Shown here: piece after piece, positions 49,548 to 61,991 of the stretch
Position numbering within the stretch: position 1 is the stretch's first letter
How the letters are laid out: the number at the start of each line of letters is the position of its first letter
NCBI RefSeq assembly: GCF_006345805.1
Contig: NC_042998.1
Location: 6,448,001-6,512,000, forward strand
Direction of reading: 5' to 3'
Length of the DNA stretch: 64,000 nt
Source of the DNA: Octopus sinensis
Lineage: Eukaryota
Made by a program: the position numbers and the translations under genes
Notes under the pieces: generated by a model
Databases searched by the model: none
The model's input: only the letters and a program-made list of their open reading frames with translations
Told to the model about the DNA's origin: nothing

Positions 49548-49741
49548 CTCTTACTCCTTTACTTGTTTCAGTCATTTGACTGCGGCCATGCTAAAGCACC
49601 GCCTTTAGTCAAGCAAATCGACCCCGGGACTTATTCTTTCTAAGCCCAGTACTTATTCTATCGGTTCTCTTTTGCCGAACCGCTAGGTGATGGGGACGTA
49701 AACACACCAGCATCGGTTGTCAAGCAATGCTAGGGGGACAA

Positions 49742-49779
<38 letters not shown>

Positions 49780-49946
49780 GTACGACAGGCTTCTTTCAGT
49801 TTCCGTCTACGAAATCCACTCACAAGGCATTGGTCGGCCCGGGGCTATAGCAGAAGACACTTGCCCAAGATGCCACACAGTGGGACTGAACCCGGAACCA
49901 TGTGGTTGGTTAGCAAGCTACTTACCACACAGCCACTCCAGCGCCT
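49548..49946 (-). mobile_element. SINE family A, full length
   Basis: Complete reverse copy. Confidence 0.9.
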
Positions 49947-49977
49947 ATTATATTTATATATTTTTTATACACACACA

Positions 49978-50110
49978 CGAGGGGTGGAAGTGAAAAGTTC
50001 CCAGCTTCCGGTAAAAGAAAATACAGGAGGATCAGTTAATTAGGATATTTATTCAAAATATTCCCCTCTTAGATTCACACACTTATTGCAGCAGTCCTCC
50101 AGTTTTTCTT
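49978..50110 (-). mobile_element. mariner-type transposon 3' end
   Basis: Minus strand reads EKLEDCCNKCVNLRGEYFE* (stop 50049-50051), the mariner C-terminal pattern; TIR-like CGAGGGGTGG...AAAAGTTCCC at 49978. Confidence 0.75.
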
Positions 50111-50696
50111 ACTGTCCGATCCCCACAGACTGCATTAATATTCCTCACACTTTCCATTGCATTGTTGCCTTTATTGAACTCATAAAGCAAAATATGCCGA
50201 ATATGCTCCTTTGTCACTGCCATTATAGCTTTGAAAAAATGACTGTTAAAATCAAACTGCACTCTTCAAAGCTTGCACTAAGAATAAGGACAAGGTAAAA
50301 TTACTGCTTTTATAGCAAGTTGATGCAGGTAGTTTATCCCGTGCCCCTCCAATTTTTAGTTTGTGCCATTAAAAAACTGCATTATTTATGGGATGACACA
50401 ATGTGTGTGTGTGTGGCCCTGTTTTTTTTTGCTATCCGGCAGCCCCTCCACACACACACACTTTATATATACCCAGGTTTTCACCACTCACTTCCTCATT
50501 GCACTCTCTAATCCTTTTTCTTTGGCTATATCCTGCCACTTATATTATGCCCTTCAAACCTCAAGGGTATACCTTAGCGCTTGCCACCATCTATATTTGA
50601 TATCTGTCTCTGCCCTTACTCAATCATCCCTTTTTTATTCTGATCCCTGTCCCTTGTGAATATGCCCAGCACTTTTCCACCATCTCTATCCTGCTG

Positions 50697-50734
<38 letters not shown>

Positions 50735-50769
50735 TCTCTTTCCTCAGGTTGGGTAACCATGTATTTCCT

Positions 50770-50885
50770 TTGTGGTACACGTGTCTGTGGAGTGCTCAGC
50801 CACTTACACATTAATTTCACAAGCAGGCTGTTCCGTTGATTCGGATCAACCGGAACCCTCGTCGTCGAAACCGACGGAGTGCTTC
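50770..50885 (+). mobile_element. 3' fragment of another SINE with two terminal hairpins
   Basis: ttccgttgat-tcgg-atcaaccggaa and cgtcg-tcgaaac-cgacg stem-loops; the family assignment is from memory only. Confidence 0.5.
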
Positions 50886-50889
50886 CATA

Positions 50890-51075
50890 CAATGGTGTAA
50901 ATGTGTCTGTGTGTATATATACATAGGTGTGTGTGTGTTTGTGTGTATATATACATGATTGTGTATGTGTCTGTATGTATATATACATGGGTGTAAATGT
51001 GTCTGTTTGTATGTATATATACATGGGTGTGTGTGTGTCTGTCTGTGTGTATATATACATGGGAGTGTGTGTGTC
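50890..51075. repeat. 32-36-bp minisatellite, about 6 units
   Basis: atggg(tg)n...gtatatatac repeated; runs into a family-A 3' half that ends near 51275. Confidence 0.8.
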
Positions 51076-51772
51076 TGTTTGTCCCACCACCACCACCACC
51101 AAACATCCAGACTTGGTTAGTCTACATGCCATAACTTAGCAGTGTGGCAGAAGAAATTGATACAATAAAGACCAGACATAAAAAAAGACAAGTACTGAGG
51201 ACGATCTAAAACCTTCAAATGAGGTGCACCAGCATGGCCACAGACCAATGACTGAAACAAGTAAACGAAAATAAAAGACAGCCGATAGATTTTGTTTGCT
51301 TCAAATTTACCATAGTTAGGTGTTGCATTGTTTTTGTGGTTGTTGTTCTTGTGATAAAGTAGGGAAATAATTCTATAAGAAACACAATGTTTGTTTTGTG
51401 AAACGACAGAACATAAAGTGAAGAATACTTGAAAACAATTAGCACTGTCGCCAAATAACGACCAAACGACTAATTAATCATTTTTCAATAATAAACATAG
51501 ATATATGTGTGTGTATATATATATGTCAGTCTTTACCCTCTGTGTGTGTGTGTGTTTGCAGGCATGCGTGTGTGTGTCTGTATGTATATATATATATGTG
51601 TGTCTGTATGTATATATATATATGTGTGTCTGTATGTATATATATATATATATATATATACACATACACACATGTAAATACAGATATATACATATGTGCA
51701 TATACATGCACACAGACACATATATATATATACTCAGTTTTATATTTATGTGTGCATACACACACACATATG

Positions 51773-51814
<42 letters not shown>

Positions 51815-52332
51815 TGTTAAAGAGAATAACAAACACTAAGGCAAGGCAAACATCTCATTATTATTATTGGAAAAAAAAATGCAGTCTTACCACTGTTTCT
51901 GGGATATCTCAGAGTTTGGGATAAACCATCATCAGGCACAAATAGGGAAATGAGAAGGGATAACTTAATGAAATGACGACATAGAGGACAGGAGTAAAGG
52001 AATTAGGAGATGAAAAAAGAAGCCTACAAGTTCACAGATCAACTTTCTGATCTTGTAGATAAGTCCTTAGGTGAAATCCTGCACATATCCATGTGGTTAA
52101 AGTCCTGATATTCTTTATATATATATACAGACACACACACATGTTTACATATACACACATATAAATAAATATATATACATATATTGTCCTCATCATCATC
52201 ATTTAACATCCGTTTTCCATGCTGACATGGGTTGGACAGTTTGGGTGAGCTCTGGAGAGCCAGTGGCTGCAAGAGGCTCCAATCTGGTCTGGTAGAGTTT
52301 CTACAGCTTGATGCCTTTCCTAATGCCAACCA

Positions 52333-52374
<42 letters not shown>

Positions 52375-52462
52375 CATATATACATATATATAGACATATA
52401 TATACAATTATATATATACATATATATATACATACATATATACACACACATACATATATATA

Positions 52463-52493
<31 letters not shown>

Positions 52494-52496
52494 CAT

Positions 52497-52529
<33 letters not shown>

Positions 52530-52709
52530 AATAGAAACCCCACATTATATATATATATATAAACGAGGTTCTTTGAGTTTTCAACTACCAAATCCACTCA
52601 CAAGGCTTTGGTCGGCCCGAGGCTATAGTAGAAGTGCAATGCAGTGGGACTGAACCTGGAACCATGTGGTTGGGAAGCAATCTTCTTACCACACAGATAC
52701 TCCTGTGCC

Positions 52710-52741
<32 letters not shown>

Positions 52742-52809
52742 CATACATGTACACATGTACATATATATATAAATATTTATATATATGTATTTGTAAGTAA
52801 ATATATATA

Positions 52810-53208
52810 TCTTTATATATAAAAGTAAGGTTGTGTGCTGTCTGTCTCCTACGATTTCGATTCCTAACTACTCCCACATTTTGTGGTGCAGTTTAACCAA
52901 AACCGGGTATCTTATAGTCGTGATTCATATCGAGCCCTTCTGGGTATTAGCGCGCGTCTACGATGAGTCTACGATTTAAAAAAGAATTTACCATCAATTT
53001 TTCCAATTTTTAATGCATTTTTTTGCTATAATATAAGGGAAGTAACTCTCTAAAAATGTATTATTAAATCTCAGAACGTAAAAAGCTACAGTAACCCCCC
53101 CCCCTTTGTGGTTAGCCATATTGAGATGGCTATTATACTTTACATCTCTAAAAATGCTTATATAGTTATTTCCCTTACAAACCCGAGCAACGCCGGGCGA
53201 TACTGCTA

Positions 53209-53209
<1 letters not shown>
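52810..53209 (+). mobile_element. Complete non-autonomous Helitron, 400 bp
   Basis: A|TC 5' end at 52810; hairpin CCCG(A)GC-AAC-GCCGGG at 53182-53197; CTAG|T end at 53206-53209; no TSD. Confidence 0.88.
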
Positions 53210-53244
<35 letters not shown>

Positions 53245-53694
53245 TATATATATATATATATATGTGTGTATGTATGTACGTATATGTGTATGTGTGTGTG
53301 TATGAGTGTGAACAAGACCACTTGTGTTTGTGTGTGTATGTATATTATAGAGTTTGCACAAGACTCAATAAAGGAGTTAATATGTATGACATGAAGTTTT
53401 GAAATGTTTACTTTTTTTCCTTTTCTTTTTCTCCCCCATCACATTTTGTATCACCATCACCACCACCACCACCTCAACATCAGTTCAAATCAAAATCATT
53501 CTCCAGAGTCTTGAGTCTTATTATGAATGTTTGTCTTGCAACTTCTAGCACGTAGGCACCAGAGAATTGAGCATGGTCTGACCAAGTTTCATTTGACAAC
53601 TTACATATGCTAAACATACATGTATATGGAATGTATATGTGCCTTTGTGTAGAATTTTCTTGATGGCTAGCATTTTTTAACTGCTGCCAGTGAC

Positions 53695-54150
53695 TCTTTA
53701 CTCTTTTACTTGTTTCAGTCATTTGACTGTGGCCATGCTGGAGCACCACCTTTTAGTCGAGCAAATCGACCCCGGGACTTATTCTTTGTAAGCCCAGTAC
53801 TTATTCTATCAGTCTCTTTTGCCGAAACGTTAAGTGACGGGGACGTAAACACACCAGCATCGGTTGTCAAGCAATGCTAGGGGGACAAACACAGACACAC
53901 AAACACACGCACGCATACATTATATATATATATATATATACATATATATATGATGATGATGATGATGATCATATATATATGATATATATATGATGATGAT
54001 GATGATGATACATATATACGACAGGCTTCTTTCAGTTTCCGTCTACCAAATCCACTCACAAGGCATTGGTCGCCCCGGGGCTATAGCAGAAAACACTTGC
54101 CCAAGATGCCACGCAGTGGGACTGAACCCGGAACCATGTGGTTGGTTAGC
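53695..54150 (-). mobile_element. SINE family A
   Basis: Reverse copy with (GAT)n/(TA)n in the internal tract; head clipped. Confidence 0.88.
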
Positions 54151-54513
54151 AACACATAACAAATTTTATCTCGATGTATCAATTCTCAATTACAACACTT
54201 CACACCCTTCTACAACTGACCTGCTGTCTATGGGTTTCAATTAAATTTCAAAATAATCAAGAAATTCACAAGATTTAGTCAAAATTATACATTATTAAAC
54301 TGCTGTTTAGTCCACTTATATGTTGAGTGCATCCTCCATCTTTTCTATAATAACTAAAATGATCCTACTGTCCCACTAACCTTAACCCTTTTGATACCAA
54401 CCCTTCCAAGACTAACCTGATTCTATAATACAAACTTTACAAACTTCCTGTTTTTGAAGGGATCTGAAAGAAAACCTTCCATCAAAATTTCATGTTAATA
54501 TTTTTTCCAAACA

Positions 54514-54910
54514 GGCATAGGAGTGGCTGTGTGGCAAGTAGCTTGCTTACGAACTACATGGTTCCTGGTTCAGTCCCACTGCACGACACCTTGGGCAAGT
54601 GTCTTCTACTATAGCCTCGAGCCAACCAAAGCTTTGTGTGTGGATTTGGTAGACAGAAACTGAAAGAAGCCCGTATATATGTGTGTGTGTGTGTGTGTGT
54701 CTGTGTTTGTCCCTCCAACATTGCTTGACAATCGATGCTGGTGTGTTTACGTCCCTGTAACTGAGTGGTTCGGCAAAAGAGACTGACAGAATAAGTACTA
54801 GGCTTACAAAGAATAAGTCCTGGAGTCGATGTGCTCAACTAAAGGCAGTGCTCCAGCATGGCCACAGTCAAATGACTGAAACAAGTAAAAGAGAGTAAAA
54901 GAGAAAGAGT
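54514..54910 (+). mobile_element. SINE family A
   Basis: Full copy, head-to-head with 53695-54150. Confidence 0.88.
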
Positions 54911-55911
54911 AAATACCATCTTAATAATGACAAAGTTATTTTATTAAATTCTTCATTATTTTCAAAATTAATTGAAACAAAAGCGATGTATTTCAACAAA
55001 AATATGGTAATGAAATTGTTAAAGATTACTCATTCTATTTAGTCTGTTTTTGAAGCGGTAGCAGAGGACAAACACACACACAAACCAAGAAACAGCAAAG
55101 ACAAACAAAAAGATGACAGATTTATTTTCACTAGCAGTTGGTTGGCTGAGGCTGTTTTACACTTTGAATATTTCCATTGTACTCTAAGGTGACAAAAAAA
55201 AAAAAGGTTATATTTTTATTGCATTTCCTCAAATATCCAGGACAAAACTGCATCTAGTGACAAGGCACCAGCCCATGAATACGGAGCAACCCATTTGTCA
55301 CCATTAATTCTAGGTTCACCCTGGCTAGCGCTTGCAGTATACACCAAGGACCCCAGATGATGGTTCTGTGGCTAAAACTTACAGGACCCAGGGGCAAAGT
55401 TGACTCACTAGATACTGTGTCACACAGATCCACCACTGGTACAGACATGACCTGATGTCATGTGAAACATTTGAGGAAAATTATGATACAGGTTATTGGT
55501 AATTGCCTAAAAACATTAACTGGTATAGCTCTGAAAAATAGCCAAAGAGCAATGAGGCATGCAAATAAAATTGTTTGTTATTATACGCACAGACAATATT
55601 ATCTGCATGCCTCATTGCACTTTAGATTAAAAAGCTACTAACCATTATTGACTACAGCTAGTTGTCTGAAGAATTAACAGAACCAAACATATTTTGCTTG
55701 GCTATTATTACTTGTATACATCATATTTTTCAGGCATACAAGTTAAAATTTTCAGATCGAAATTTACAGCCAATAAAAGGTAGGTTGACTTATACACCAA
55801 GAAGACTTTGGAAGACCAAACATTTCATGTGAAAAGCAGCAGGATTCAGAAAGAGACTGACGATGTTTGATGATTTATACTACATGTTTACACTACATGT
55901 GTTTACACTAT

Positions 55912-56334
55912 TACTCTTTACTCTTTACTCTTTTACTTGTTTCAGTCATTTGACTGCGGCCATGCTGGAGCACCACCTTTAGGCGAGGAAATCGACCCCG
56001 GGACTTATTCTTTGTAAGCCCAGTACTTATTCTATCGGGGTCTTTTGCCGAACCGCTAAGTAACGGGGACGTAAGCATACCAGCATCGGTTGTCAAACAA
56101 TGCTAGGGGGACAAACACAGACACACAAACATATACACAAACATACATATACATATATATACATATATACGACAGGCTTCTTTCAGTTTCCGTCTACCAA
56201 ATCCACTCACAAGGCATTGGTTAGCCCGGGGCTATAGCAGAAGACACTTGCCCAAGATGCCACGCAGTGGGACTGAACCCGGAACCATGTGGTTGGTTAG
56301 CAAGCTACTTACCACACAGCCACTCCTGCGCCTA
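55912..56334 (-). mobile_element. SINE family A, full length
   Basis: Complete reverse copy. Confidence 0.9.
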
Positions 56335-56604
56335 TATTGACTTTTATGATGGAAAATATGGTACAAAGATATTTAATTTCGGTATCCTACTTTTTAGAAA
56401 AGGTATATTACATCTCAACCATTTCAGAAGGCAACTAAAAGAGTTGGTGAGAGAAAAAGCACATGGCTGGAAAATACTACCTCTCAATAGTCATTCAACT
56501 CCTGTCCCCATGGGAAAACTAACATAAAATACAGAAGGTGAATAACTCATGTGCACAGACTAGATTGTTAAGTTTCTAAATTCAATGCTTCATACTGTAA
56601 GTGA

Positions 56605-56938
56605 AGGCACATGGCTCAGTGGTTAGAGCACTGAGCTTACAATCATGAGACTGTGAGTTTGAATCCCAGATTGGGCTGCGTGTTCTGTTCCTGAGCAAGA
56701 CACTTTATTTCATGTTGCTCCAGTTCACTCGGCTGTAGAAATGAGTTGCAACATCACAGGTGCCAATCTGTATCGGCCCCTTTGCCTTTCCCTTGGATAA
56801 CACTGGTGGTGTGGAGAGGGGAGGCCGGTATGCATGGGTGACTGCTGATCTTCCATAAGCAACCTTGCCTGGACTTGTGCCTGGGAGGGTAACTTTCTAG
56901 GTGCAATCCCATGGTCAGTCATGACCGAAGGGGGTCTC
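56605..56938 (+). mobile_element. tRNA-derived SINE family D
   Basis: A-box TGGCTCAGTGG, B-box-like GAGTTTGAATCCC, followed by ctgagcaagacactttatttca. Confidence 0.75.
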
Positions 56939-58262
56939 AGCACGGTAAGTTCAAACTTCACTAGAACTTACTTCAAATAATGAGGAAAGAAGTCAAATGA
57001 AATAGCAGAATTCCAAAAACAATTTGAAAAATTATCTTTGCAATAAGACAATTTTTTTTATTGATCCCAGCTAGTGGACTGTAGCTATGTTGGGGCAAAA
57101 CCAGAAAAAAACCTGCTATAAGGAGTACCTGTGCCAGAAACCTGTTTTGGCTAAGATACTCCTGAATATGGGGCTATCCAACCAATTATGAAGTGGGACT
57201 GGTAATTTGATTATTTTTTTTAACGATATTTTTTCAGGGCAGCAACATAGGGAAACTAAAATATTCAATGTGAGTGAGTGAGAGAGAGAGAGAGAGAGTG
57301 GTGTACATATGTAGGTATTTATATCCGAGAGGTTTCCACGTAGATTTCATATTCAAAATTTTGCATAGAGAGCAACTCAAAGCTTTGATAGAATGCACAG
57401 GCCCAAGGTGTTGCATGGTAAGACTGAACCTAGAACCACATGGATGCAAAGTAAACAAGCCCTCTAAACCACAAAGTCAAAAGCAAAACAAACAAAAAAA
57501 TTTAAACATTAAGTCAGTACATTTTTTTTTTATATAAGAAAGAAGTTGCTCTGACATACTGCAGTTGAAAGAGATCAAAATTTTTTTTTTTAAACTATAA
57601 AAAAAGGATACGGTTTGCGGTTAATGACATGCAAAACTATAGCGGCATAGTGGTGGTGGTGGGAGATCAAGGATTGGGGGGGGAGAAGGAAGAGGAACGA
57701 AGATGATAATTAATCCTATTATGAGTAAAAAAAAAAATATCCATTTGAAAGAATCAAATTCCCAGAAGAGATTCTCAGTGGGATTAGAATAATTTCACAT
57801 GTTAACAACACCAGTAATCTAATTCCTTGTGGTAATTTCTGAAAGAATATTAGAAATTATAGGAATGAGATAAAAATCTTGAAGTGGATTAATTACAACG
57901 ATGGAGGAAGGATAGGATGAGGGGTGGCGGTGGAGGGTGCGGGGTGGGGGTGGTGATGGAAATAAAGCAAGTGTAAAGCAAGTGGAGAAATCATTTTGTC
58001 ATAGCATTAGTGAAGATGGAGGGGGAAAAATTGAGTGGAATTAGAATGTTCGGTTTTAAGGCTTATTTTCTTTAAGTTGAATGTATAAAAATGGGTGCAG
58101 CCACGGCTGTAAGTCGTGTATGGAGATAAACATGGAGCAAGAAAACTTTTAAAAGGGTAGAGAGAGAGCTGTCAGGCCAGAGGTAACATCAAGAGCAAAA
58201 ACAAGCGTAAAGATGATTATGGTTAAATGACACATGTAGCAAAGACAGAGCTTGTGCATGTC

Positions 58263-58629
58263 TTGTTTCAGTCATTTGACTGCGGCCATGCTGGAGCACC
58301 GCCTTTAGTCGAGCAAATCGACACCGGGACTTATTCTATCGGTCTGTTTTGCCGAACCGCTAAGTAACGGGGACGTAAACACACCAGCATCGGTTGTCAA
58401 GCAATGCTAGGGGGACAAACACAGACACACAAACATATACACACACGCATATATATACATATATACGACAGGCTTCTTTCAGTTTCCGTCTACCAAATCC
58501 ACTCACAAGGCTTTGGTCGGCCCGAGGCTATAGTAGAAGACACTTGCCCAAGGTGCCACGCAGTGGGACTGAACCCAGAACCATGTGGTTGGTTAGCAAG
58601 CTACTTACCACACAGCCACTCCTGCGCCT
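58263..58629 (-). mobile_element. SINE family A
   Basis: Reverse copy with a small internal deletion. Confidence 0.9.
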
Positions 58630-58914
58630 GCATTTTTTTTTTTTACTTCTATTTTTCCAATCAGAAGGGAAGGTAGTATGCATGACCCTTGTACAAGGCC
58701 TTCAAGAATGGTCAGAAAGAGCGGAATGTATTCTCAAAGAAGAGATCTGATTTGAAGGCTTGCCAGAGTAGAGCAGTCACGGACAAATTGCGGTCCATGG
58801 GACTTTCTGAACGGCATGCCTAACAAAAGATTACCATGAATTTTTTTTTAGTAGTGTAGCCCACCTCTTAATGGAGCCATGTTTCATGCAGCTTGCTTCT
58901 CAAAAGACAATTGT

Positions 58915-59185
58915 TGCCCGTGGCTGTGTGATAAGAAGTTTGCTTCCAAACCACATGGTTCTGAGTTCAGTCTCAGTGCACGACATCTTGGGCAACTGTC
59001 TTCTACCATAGCCTTGGTCCAACAAAAACCTTGCAAGTAGATTTGGGAGATGGAAACTGAAAGAAGCTTATTGTGTGTGTGTGTGTGCCTTTGTTTCTGC
59101 ATTTGTCCCCAATCACTGCTTGACAACTGATGTTGGTGTGTTTACGTCTCCATAACTTAGCAGTTCAACAAAAGATACCAATAAA
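58915..59185 (+). mobile_element. SINE family A-related, older copy
   Basis: Diverged head and body. Confidence 0.75.
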
Positions 59186-59377
59186 ATTCTAAGTTTAAAT
59201 CCAGGTGTTCTTTCTACAAGGATAATACCAAATGTAAGGTCTCCGAAGTGTTGGGGACGCAGGGAAACTGTGCATGCAGCTATTGGCAACACTGTTGTGT
59301 TTGTTGTGCATGTACCTGCACTTGCCCGTGCATGCGCCTCCCTGCCATGCTCAGTCTTAGCTTGGCAGTCGCATCTG

Positions 59378-60160
59378 ATGGATCTCCTCATTGACAGTAC
59401 TGCCAAGTGTGAAGTTAGCGCAGATATTCGGTTTTTGAATACAAAAGGCATTAAACCAACTGAAATTCTTTGCTAATTAATAGAAGAATGTGGCAAGTCA
59501 TGCATGGATGTCAAAAACGTCCACAAGTGGTGTAGGGAATTTGCAGCTGATCGTACTGAAATTCATGACGAAGAAAGAAGTGGGTGACCATCAATTTCCA
59601 ACAAGACAGTCGCGAAAGTTAGTTAAGTTAAGTTAAGTTAATTTTTTTGGCTCAAAAAGCAAAAAGCAAGGCCATGTAGGTGGACATGGAGTTATGTACA
59701 GGGAGGGTGTTCATGCAAAGAGTTCAGGCCATTTCTGGTCAAGGGAGACTTTGAACCGAGCGGTCGTCGGCATCTTCACTATCTCATCCGGCAGCTTATT
59801 CCACAAAAGTTGAGCAAATTCTGCATGAAAATCAATGGATCTCATCTCTCTAAATGACCTCTGCATTTTGGTTCCTGAGGTTTCCCAAAGCACCATTCAT
59901 AGGGTTTTGAGTGAAAAATTGCCAATATCAGAAGGTGTGCGCAAGATGGGCCCCATGAATGCTCACAGAAGACCATAAACAGCAACCCACCTTAAAGCCC
60001 GGACTTGGCACCCACTGACTACCACCTGTTCCCTAAGTTGAAAGAACATTTGGCCAGAACGTGCTTCAGCAACGACCATGAGGCAAAAGATGAGGTTCAA
60101 TGCTTCCTCAAAGACATGGCAGTGAACTGGTGTGACATGAGCATACAAAAACTGCCACAT
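59378..60160 (+). pseudogene. Internally deleted mariner transposase remnant
   Basis: MDLLIDSTAKCEVSADIRFLNTKGIKPTEI N-terminus; RWAP*MLTEDHKQQ joined at about 59985 to PP*SPDLAPTDYHLFPKLKEHL; split by a CR1 fragment. Confidence 0.85.
59621..59805 (-). mobile_element. CR1 LINE 3' fragment, (TTAAC)n subfamily, inserted in the mariner
   Basis: 6-bp TSD AAAGTT at 59615-59620 and 59806-59811; removing the insert restores TVAKVEQILHE. Confidence 0.92.
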
Positions 60161-61567
60161 GCATTGAGTCGAACCAGGGGCAGCTGATGAAGGGGAATTT
60201 TCCTTGTATTGTTGTCTTGTACTCTGTTTTTTCGTTGTTAAAAAAAGTCCGTTTCCTTGTTTGATTTTATGTTTTCATTTCTCGTTGTGTTCTACGTTTA
60301 TTTGTGGTGTCCTGTACTCATATATATATATATGCTTATATATATACATGTAGATGTAAGTATGTACATATATGTATGTATATATGCATATATTTTATTT
60401 ATTTATTATATTGTTAGTATATATATATATATATATATTACCGTCCAACCCATGCTAGCATGGAGAACGGACGTTAAACGACGATGATGATGATATACAT
60501 ACACGTGTTTGTGGTGCATGCGTGTTTGTCCCCACAACCACCACCATGCAATGTTGATGTGTTTATGTCCTTGTAACTTAGCAGTTCAGCAAAAGGAGAA
60601 TGATAAAATAAGTACTAGGCTTATAAAGAATAAATCCTGGTATCGATTTGTTCGACTAAAGGCGGTGCTCCAGCATGGCCACAGTCAAATGACTGAAACA
60701 AGTAAAAGAGTAAAAGAGTGTGTGTGTGCATTTGTCTCTGCTTGTCTTCACATTTACACTGCATGAACAGCAGTCACATCAATTTATATCTCCACCCCCA
60801 CCCCCGGCAATTCAACACCTTGAAGCGTGAAGAGCAGCAGAATAAAGTGCCTTGCTTGAAAAACAAGTGAGGGCTGGCAACAAAAAAAAAAAAAGCATTT
60901 AACCATAAAATTACTACTGCCAGAAGTGAAGTAGTCACATCCAACCCATTCTGGCAGATGTAAAATTACTGATGCTCTGATGCTGATGATAATACCTTCC
61001 TGGAAATACCTAGCATTAACTAGGCATACTTTCCTCAACTCAGTACCAATCAAATGTTCAAGTAAAATGAAACTCATCGTAAAAAGCCAATCTTGTTTCC
61101 CCCCTCAAATTTCACAATATTCCTAAATTCACATGAAACAATGGCTAAATCAATCAGATTACAAAACGCAAAACTCTAAACAAAAGAAGTTTCTAGAACG
61201 ATAAGGATCTGTATACTAAGAGATAATTTTTTTGCTTTTCATTCTTTTTTTATTTATATATATTGTATTTTATTTATGAAACCTATTTTTCTTTTTCCAC
61301 TGCACGCTATCTGATGTCCCCATAAGGAGCTATAACTAATGTCCAGAAATGAAGAATAAGACGAGTTAATTTGAAGACAGACTTTTGCATGTCTCAAATA
61401 ATTACAACCAAAGATCAATCAATGGCAACATAATAATAACAAACCAGCTGGCAAAGATTATTTTCTTCATTTTTTTTGTGTGTGTGTGTGTGTGTTTCCT
61501 CTTTTTTATAATTTAAAAAGAAAGTATATAAAAGGAAGAGTAAGGAAGAAGACAAATAATAATATTA

Positions 61568-61732
61568 GGTGTAGGAGTGGCTGTGTGGTAAGTAGCTTGC
61601 TAACCAACAACATGGTTCTGGGTTCAGTCCCACTGTGTGGCACCTTGGGCAAGTGTCTTCTGCTATAGCCCCGGGCCAACCAATGCCTTGTGAGTGGATT
61701 TGGTAGACGGAAACTGAAAGAAGCCTGTCGTA

Positions 61733-61783
<51 letters not shown>

Positions 61784-61991
61784 TTGTGTGTCTGTGTTTG
61801 TCCCCCTAGCATTGCTTGACAACCGATGCTGGTGTGTTTACATCCCCGTCACTTAGCAGTTCGGCAAAAGAGACCGATAGAATAAGTACTGGGCTTACAA
61901 AGAATAAGTCCCGGTGTCGATTTGCTCGACTAAAGGTGGTGCTCCAGCATGGCTGCAGTCAAATGACTGAAACAAGTAAAAGAGTAAAGAG
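61568..61991 (+). mobile_element. SINE family A, full length
   Basis: Complete from head to tail. Confidence 0.9.

Noticed and set aside
55380-55447. Possible 69-nt minus-strand exon (VMSVPVVDLCDTVSSESTLPLGP) ending at GTAAGT
   Set aside because: Weak acceptor, no recognisable protein and no partner exons; insufficient support.
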